The translations under genes were made by a program, and so were the position numbers. The notes beneath the pieces are model-generated. The model did not search any database. It was not told the origin of the DNA and was given only the letters and a program-made list of their open reading frames with translations. A stretch of DNA of 64,000 nt from assembly GCA_902599605.1 (NCBI GenBank), contig CACKFV010000004.1:152-64151 (forward strand), read 5' to 3'. Position 1 is the first letter of the stretch; each line of letters opens with the position of its first letter. This document shows positions 57,644 through 64,000 of the stretch, one piece after another. Origin of the DNA: an uncultured Pelagibacteraceae bacterium (GTDB taxonomy: Bacteria; Pseudomonadota; Alphaproteobacteria; Pelagibacterales; Pelagibacteraceae).

Positions 57644-58814
57644 ATTTTTTTACTTCAATAATAAAGTTATTAAATAGATAATGACTGTCTTGAGGACCTG
57701 GATTTGATTCAGGGTGATACTGTACTGAAAAAACTGGTTTATTTTTTAACTTAATGCCTTCAATACTGCTGTCAAACAATGATTTATGTGTAATTTCGAT
57801 TTTAGGCGGCAAATTATTTTTGGTAACTTCAAATCCATGATTTTGACTGGTTATTTCAACTTTATTATTTTTTATGTTTTTGACAGGATGGTTCGCGCCC
57901 CTATGTCCAAGCTTCATTTTTTTTGTTTTACCACCTAGAGCAAGAGCTAATAATTGATGTCCAAGACAAATTCCAAAAATTGGTAAACCTTTTTTTATAA
58001 GATTTTTTATAATTTTAATTGCATATTTCCCTGTTGCCGCAGGATCACCAGGGCCATTTGACAAAAAAATTCCACTTGGTTTAAGTGTCATGATATATTC
58101 AGCTGAAGCATCACACGGCACAACTATTACATCACAATAAAAATTTGAAAAATATCTTAAAATGTTTGTTTTAATTCCATAATCAATTGCAACTACTCTA
58201 AATTTCTTTTTTTTCGTTTTTTTAAAACCATCTTCTTTTGTCCATGTTTGCAATCCCCTCCAAGTAAATTTATTTTTAGTAGAAACTGTTTTTGCTAAAT
58301 CCAGACCGTTGAGACCTGGCCATTTTAATGTTTTATTAATAAGTTTCTTTACTGGAAAAACACCTTTTTTTATGTGGGAAATTGTTCCCCTTGGCGCTCC
58401 TTTATCTCTTATAAAATTTGTTAAGCTTCTAGTATCTAAACCAGTTAAACCTACAATTTTATTTTTTTTAAGCCACAAATCTAACTCAATGAGTGATCTG
58501 TAGTTTGAGGGATTAGTTATTTCTGAATTGAAAATCACTCCTCTAGTCCAGACTTTTTCAGATTCATTATCTTGCTTATTGGCCCCAACATTTCCAATGT
58601 GGGGAAAGGTAAAATTAATAATTTGTCCCGCATAAGAGGGATCTGAAATTATTTCTTGATAACCGGTTATTGAAGTATTAAAACAAACTTCTCCTGTAGC
58701 AGTGCCTTCATAACCAATACCAATTCCATTAAAAATTGATTTATTTTCAAGAACTAAAATACCCGGGCTAAAATTTGATTTTTTTTTTGAGTTTACTTTT
58801 TGTTTTTTGTTCAA
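57621..58814 (-). CDS. carA: Carbamoyl-phosphate synthase small subunit
   Basis: GEVCFNT..TGYQE..DPSY, SNGPGDP, GICLGHQ, QYHPE; TTG start. Confidence 0.97.
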
Positions 58815-58939
58815 TTACAACTCATGAGTTAAAGGTTAATACAATAAAAGCTCGAGTTAAGCAACTGAACTAATACAAAATTTAAAAAAAAAAACAATTT
58901 TTCTTTTAAGAAAAAATCTTTAAGTTAAGTAATATAAAA

Positions 58940-59401
58940 ATGTCCATTAAAGAAAAAATTAACGACGAGTATAAAACTGCTCTAAAATCGAAAGATAAAA
59001 ACAAGATATCAACTTACAGGTTAATTCTGTCTGGAATAAAAGATTTGGATATTTCAAATAGATCAGGACCAAATAAGAAAGAGACAGACGATGAAGATAT
59101 TAAAAAACTCTTAAAAAAAATGATTAAACAAAGAAACGAATCAGTTGAAATTTACAAAAAAAATAAAAGAGAGGATTTGTTAAAAATAGAGCAAGGAGAA
59201 ATAGATTTGCTATCAACATACCTACCCAAACAACTTAGCGAAGAAGAAACTAAAAAAATATGCTCGGAAATTATTACAAAGGTCGGAGCTCAAACTATTA
59301 AGGACATGGGTAAAGTAATGGGTGAACTGAAAAAGAATTATTCTGATAGTATAGATTTTTCGAAAGCCGGTTCAATGCTAAAGGAACTATTAAATAAATA
59401 A
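58940..59401 (+). CDS. GatB/YqeY domain protein
   Basis: K.IKQR.ES...Y, YLPKQLSEEE, DMGKVMG; upstream of dnaG. Confidence 0.92.
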   Translation: MSIKEKINDEYKTALKSKDKNKISTYRLILSGIKDLDISNRSGPNKKETDDEDIKKLLKKMIKQRNESVEIYKKNKREDLLKIEQGEIDLLSTYLPKQLSEEETKKICSEIITKVGAQTIKDMGKVMGELKKNYSDSIDFSKAGSMLKELLNK

Positions 59402-61170
59402 TGAAATATCCAAAAGAGTATCTTGACGAAATTAAAATAAGGCTGAAAGTTTCTACTGTTGTTTCAAAACATGTGTCATTAAAAAAAAGAGGAAAGGAGT
59501 TTGTAGGACTATCACCTTTTAAAAATGAAAAGACTCCTTCTTTCACTGTAAATGATGAAAAAGGTTTTTATCATTGTTTTAGTACTTCAGAACATGGAAA
59601 TATTTTTGACTTTGTGATGAAAATGCAAAACTTTAAATTCGGGGAAGCAGTAAAATTTTTAGCTAACCTAGCTGGAATGGCACCTTATAGGTTTTCTAAA
59701 GTTGATGAGCAAAGGGAAAAAGAATGGAATGAATACACCAGTATATATTCAGACTATGCTGATTACTATCACAATGAATTACTAAATAGTTCTAATTCTA
59801 AGATTGCTTTAGATTATTTAAAAAAAAGAAAAATCAATAATTCAATTATTAAAGAATTTAAGATTGGATTTGTAAATTTTAATTCAAGTATTTATGAAAA
59901 ACTAAGAAAAAATCATGATGTGAAAATTTTAAACGAGTCCGGATTATTTTATTATGATGAAAATAAAAAAATATATGTTGAAAGATTCAGAAATAGAATA
60001 GTTTTTCCGATTAATTCTTTATCAGGCAAACCAATGGCTTTTGGTGGAAGAATAATTGATACTAAAAACAAATATGCAAAATATATAAATTCTCCAGAAA
60101 CAAATTTTTTTAGAAAAGGGAATAATTTATATAACTTAGATAGAGTAAGAAAAATTTCTCATAAATTCGATGAAGTTTTTTTGGTGGAAGGTTATATGGA
60201 TGTAATCGGTTTAAGCAAATTTGAAATAGAAAATTGTATTGCAAATTTAGGGACTGCGTTGACTGACAAACAAATCTATATGGTAACCCAATTTTTTGAT
60301 AATATTATAATTTGTTTTGATGGTGATGAAAGTGGATATAAAGCTGCAATAAGAGCTGCAGAAAATTCAATAAAAAGTGTTCTTCCCGATAAGCAAATAT
60401 ATTTTTTATTTCTTCCAGACGGAGAAGATCCAGATACCTTTGTTGAAAAAAAAGGAAAAAATGAATTTTTAGATTTTTATAAGAATAATAAAATTCCAGT
60501 GCACAAATTGATATTTGAACATTATAAAAAAGAAAACTCTTCATCCCCCTCTGCACTAGCGTCTCTTGAAAAAAAATTAAAAGGTATAGCAAATTCAGTT
60601 AAAGATAACATTGTTAAAAAATATATATTAGGATATTTTTTAGAAAGTTTAGCAAAATATTCTCCAGGAACAGTTTTCAAAAATTCGAATAAATCATTTA
60701 TTGGTTTTAATAAGCCACTAGATAAAACAAAAAAACTATTTAAAGATACCGAAAATTTTTCTTCAGTTGATATAAAAGAGTTTTGTCTTATCTATATTAT
60801 GATTAATAACTTAAATTTCTTTTATCAAAGACCTGATTTATTAGAAAATATAAAATTTTACAAAAAAGAGAATGGATTAATTTTTGATCAAATTTTGGAA
60901 TGTATGAAAAGTGGAGATCTTAAGAGCCTGCAGATTGATAGTCAACTTCTTGATCAAATTGAAAAATACGCGAATATTAAACACATAGTTCAAAAGAACG
61001 ACAAAGATGAAAGCAAAATAGTAGAGATCTTTAACGACATAAAGAACGAACTTAAGACTCATGATTTAGAACTACGAATTCAAGAATTAGAATCAAAATT
61101 TGCTGAAGATTTTAATCAAAATACTTTTGATGAAATTAATAGGCTGAAAAAAGAGCAAAATATTAATTAA
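59401..61170 (+). CDS. dnaG: DNA primase
   Basis: EKTPSF, RFRNRIVFPI, FGGR, KYINSPET, TOPRIM VEGYMDV, FDGD..G, DPD. Confidence 0.96.
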   Translation: MKYPKEYLDEIKIRLKVSTVVSKHVSLKKRGKEFVGLSPFKNEKTPSFTVNDEKGFYHCFSTSEHGNIFDFVMKMQNFKFGEAVKFLANLAGMAPYRFSKVDEQREKEWNEYTSIYSDYADYYHNELLNSSNSKIALDYLKKRKINNSIIKEFKIGFVNFNSSIYEKLRKNHDVKILNESGLFYYDENKKIYVERFRNRIVFPINSLSGKPMAFGGRIIDTKNKYAKYINSPETNFFRKGNNLYNLDRVRKISHKFDEVFLVEGYMDVIGLSKFEIENCIANLGTALTDKQIYMVTQFFDNIIICFDGDESGYKAAIRAAENSIKSVLPDKQIYFLFLPDGEDPDTFVEKKGKNEFLDFYKNNKIPVHKLIFEHYKKENSSSPSALASLEKKLKGIANSVKDNIVKKYILGYFLESLAKYSPGTVFKNSNKSFIGFNKPLDKTKKLFKDTENFSSVDIKEFCLIYIMINNLNFFYQRPDLLENIKFYKKENGLIFDQILECMKSGDLKSLQIDSQLLDQIEKYANIKHIVQKNDKDESKIVEIFNDIKNELKTHDLELRIQELESKFAEDFNQNTFDEINRLKKEQNIN

Positions 61171-61238
61171 TTAAGTAAAATTTTTCGTGGATTTTTTTAA
61201 AATAGCTATTATATAAGATTTTCCAAATAATTATAACT

Positions 61239-63098
61239 GTGGAAAAAATTATAACAAAATCGTTTGCGAGATTAATGGGCCGTGGGGTCCACAGAGGATT
61301 TATAACTCATGAAGAGTTAAACAAATCTTTAGGAAAGAGGAATTTATCAGGAGACAACCTTGCGCAAGCTTTCCTGCATATTTTAGACGAAAAAATTTCC
61401 TTAGTAGAAAAAAAATCAGATTTTAAAGCTTTAAAAAAAAGAGACTCAACTAATAAAGATGAGCCAAAGACAATTGAAAAAAGTGATGATCCTATAAGGA
61501 TGTATTTGAGAGAGATGGGAGGGGTTGAACTCTTATCTAGAGAGGGAGAGATTGCAATTGCTAAACGTATAGAAGCTGGAAAAGATGTAATGTTAAATGC
61601 TTTATCACAAAGCCCAATTACAGCCCTTCAATTATTTGAATGGAATGAAAAATTACAAAAGGATGAAATTTTGGTCAGAGAAATTATTGATATAGATACG
61701 AATTATATGGAAGAGGAAAACTCATCTCATGAAGATAAAGATAAAAAAGACAATGTTAAAAAAAATAAAGAGGAAAAGATTTCAAAAGATGAAAAAGGTG
61801 AACAAATACAGCAAAATGTAGATGAAGATGAATTCAACCCTACCCTCGCTGCTATGGAAAGCGAAATAAAACCAAAAATTTTAGAAACTGTAAATAAACT
61901 TACAAAAGATTATTCTAAGCTAATAAAGTATCAAAAAGAGAAATTAGATTGTGTTTTAAACAGTGTTGAGTTTACCAATTCAAAAGAAAAAAGCTACCAG
62001 AAAATTGTTTCTGAGATATTAGAAAATATCAAATCTTTACAATTATCTCCTTCTGTCTTGGAAAATCTGGTGCAAAAACATTACTTTGAAAACAAAAAAA
62101 TTGTTTCTTTAGAAGGAAATTTATTACGTTTAGCTATTGATAATAAAATTTCAAGAGATGAGTTTATAAAATTTTATATTGGAAACGAAATAAATCCTAA
62201 TTTAAAAAATTTTTTAAGTACTAATCAAATTTGGAAGACTTTTTTTCAAAACAATAAAAACGAGTTTAAAAATATTAGAAATAGACTTACAGAAATAAGT
62301 CATAAACTTGGTATCAGTGTAACTGATTTTAAAAAGTTGGTTAGTAGAGTTCAGAAAGGGGAAAAAGAGTCTCGAATTGCAAAAAAAGAAATGGTGGAAG
62401 CAAATTTGAGATTAGTTATTTCAATTGCTAAGAAGTATACGAATAGAGGATTACAATTTTTAGATTTAATTCAAGAGGGAAATATTGGTTTAATGAAGGC
62501 AGTTGATAAATTTGAATATAGAAGAGGTTATAAATTTTCCACTTATGCAACATGGTGGATTAGACAAGCGATTACCAGATCAATTGCAGATCAAGCTAGA
62601 ACAATCAGAATACCTGTCCATATGATAGAGACTATAAACAAGATAGTTAGAACTCAAAGACTTATTCTTAGTGAATTTGGTCGTGAAGCAACACCAGAGG
62701 AACTCGCAAAAAAACTCAGAATGCCTCTAGAGAAAGTAAGAAAAGTATTAAAAATTTCAAAAGAACCTGTTTCCCTTGAAAAACCAGTCGGAGACGAGGA
62801 GGATAGTAGTCTTGGAGATTTTATTGAAGACACAAAAGCTTTAGCTCCATTAGAACAAGCTATTAAATCAAACTTAAGTGAAGCAACAACCAAAATTTTA
62901 TCTACCCTAACACCTAGAGAAGAAAGAGTACTGAGAATGAGATTTGGTGTTGGAATGAATACGGATCATACCTTAGAAGAAGTCGGTTTACAATTTTCAG
63001 TGACAAGGGAACGTATTAGACAAATTGAAGCAAAGGCCTTAAGAAAGCTTAAACATCCCAGTAGATCAAAACAACTTAAAAGCTTCTTAGAAAGTTAA
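61239..63098 (+). CDS. rpoD: RNA polymerase primary sigma factor
   Basis: [49 protein letters not shown]; GTG start. Confidence 0.98.
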   Translation: MEKIITKSFARLMGRGVHRGFITHEELNKSLGKRNLSGDNLAQAFLHILDEKISLVEKKSDFKALKKRDSTNKDEPKTIEKSDDPIRMYLREMGGVELLSREGEIAIAKRIEAGKDVMLNALSQSPITALQLFEWNEKLQKDEILVREIIDIDTNYMEEENSSHEDKDKKDNVKKNKEEKISKDEKGEQIQQNVDEDEFNPTLAAMESEIKPKILETVNKLTKDYSKLIKYQKEKLDCVLNSVEFTNSKEKSYQKIVSEILENIKSLQLSPSVLENLVQKHYFENKKIVSLEGNLLRLAIDNKISRDEFIKFYIGNEINPNLKNFLSTNQIWKTFFQNNKNEFKNIRNRLTEISHKLGISVTDFKKLVSRVQKGEKESRIAKKEMVEANLRLVISIAKKYTNRGLQFLDLIQEGNIGLMKAVDKFEYRRGYKFSTYATWWIRQAITRSIADQARTIRIPVHMIETINKIVRTQRLILSEFGREATPEELAKKLRMPLEKVRKVLKISKEPVSLEKPVGDEEDSSLGDFIEDTKALAPLEQAIKSNLSEATTKILSTLTPREERVLRMRFGVGMNTDHTLEEVGLQFSVTRERIRQIEAKALRKLKHPSRSKQLKSFLES

Positions 63099-63114
63099 TA
63101 TTTAATTTAACTAA

Positions 63115-63861
63115 ATGGATTTAGTAAGTGTAATAATTCCATACTACAGGAAACGAAATTTTGTTAAAGAGACCTTAACATCAGTGGTCAATCAAGATTA
63201 TGATAATTTAGAAGTATTAATAATCTATGATGATATAAATTTAAATGATTTCGAATTTTTGCAAAAAATAACAAAATCTGATAGCAGAATTAAGATTATA
63301 AAAAATGATGCAAAATTAGGGGCTGGTTTTTCAAGAAACATCGGCATTGATAAATCCAATGGAAAATATATTGCATTTCTAGATGCAGACGACATTTGGA
63401 GTTTAGATAAGCTTAAAAGTCAAATATCATTCATGAAACAAAATAATCACAAAATATCCCATACTTCTTATTATATAATCGACGACAAGAAAAAAATAAT
63501 TGGTCAGAGAAGAGCACGAGACTTATTATCAATTAACGATATAATAAAGTCCTGCGATATTGGTTTATCAACTGTAGTTTTAGAAAAAAATATCATTGTT
63601 CGCAACAAAATAAAATTTCCAAATCTTAAAACTAAAGAAGATTTTGTTTTTTGGTTAATGTTATTAAAAAAAGATTATAAATTTTATGCTTATGATAAGT
63701 ATTTAACAAACTGGTCCGATGTAAAAAATTCTTTATCTTCATCAACAGTTCAAAAATTGAATGATGGATTTAAAGTGTATAATCAATATATGGATTTTAA
63801 TATCTTTAAATCTTTATATTATTTACTTTGCTTAAGTTTTAACTATTTAAAGAAAAAATGA
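63115..63861 (+). CDS. Glycosyltransferase family 2 (TuaG-like)
   Basis: VSVIIPY, SV..Q, G...SRN.GI, IAFLDADD.W, ED..FWL. Confidence 0.9.
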   Translation: MDLVSVIIPYYRKRNFVKETLTSVVNQDYDNLEVLIIYDDINLNDFEFLQKITKSDSRIKIIKNDAKLGAGFSRNIGIDKSNGKYIAFLDADDIWSLDKLKSQISFMKQNNHKISHTSYYIIDDKKKIIGQRRARDLLSINDIIKSCDIGLSTVVLEKNIIVRNKIKFPNLKTKEDFVFWLMLLKKDYKFYAYDKYLTNWSDVKNSLSSSTVQKLNDGFKVYNQYMDFNIFKSLYYLLCLSFNYLKKK

Positions 63862-63862
63862 G

Positions 63863-64000
63863 ATGACTTTTTATTTTGCCTATTTAATTTTTATCGTTTT
63901 AGTTTCTCTAATTCTTAAAAAGAAGGGGTTATTTTTGAATTATTCTGGTGACAATCATCAGTCCTTCTCAAATGTGGGAAATATTCCTTTAAGTGGTGGA
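63863..64000 (+). CDS. Partial membrane protein, probably MraY/WecA-like polyprenyl-phosphate sugar-phosphate transferase
   Basis: MTFYFAYLIFIVLVSLILKKKGLFLNYSGDNHQSFSNVGNIPLSGG: a TM helix followed by a P..GG motif; truncated by the window edge. Confidence 0.5.
   Translation, partial: MTFYFAYLIFIVLVSLILKKKGLFLNYSGDNHQSFSNVGNIPLSGG

Overview
AT-rich, extremely gene-dense stretch of core chromosome from a streamlined marine alphaproteobacterium. Gene content, order and compactness point to Pelagibacterales (SAR11), which is an inference. The window holds about 65 CDS and one tRNA-Gln(UUG). In order: qor/pirin/haloacid dehalogenase, rsmE, the aa3 cytochrome c oxidase operon with thrC, then a 15-gene minus-strand run (dciA-dsbA-smc-atpIBEF'F-crtI-crtB-crtY-blh-ispH-thrB-rnhA) that includes the retinal pathway but no rhodopsin. 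After that come mutY, a flavin monooxygenase, ccrM, rnhB, family-4 udg, TPR-ispE-tRNA-cca, greA-hemF-trmL, petABC, ychF-pth-rplY-prs-pgeF-midA-lgt, a MarR/OmpR/EnvZ-like module, ilvE, uvrB-SDR-folB-uvrC-pgsA, aspC, trxB, an ELM1-like gene plus a 2OG-Fe(II) oxygenase, carAB, yqeY-dnaG-rpoD and the start of a glycosyltransferase cluster. I saw no mobile element, CRISPR array or rRNA. The most unusual items are: a short SMC (798 aa once reconstructed) with no recognisable hinge, split by a single frameshift at an A7 run; a GANTC-built inverted repeat in front of ccrM; divergent genes sharing one CATG; a tRNA ending 3 nt before the CCA-adding enzyme start; and UDG and DnaG variants that have lost their metal ligands. 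I found no clear-cut novel multi-gene system, and the best candidates are ranked under findings.
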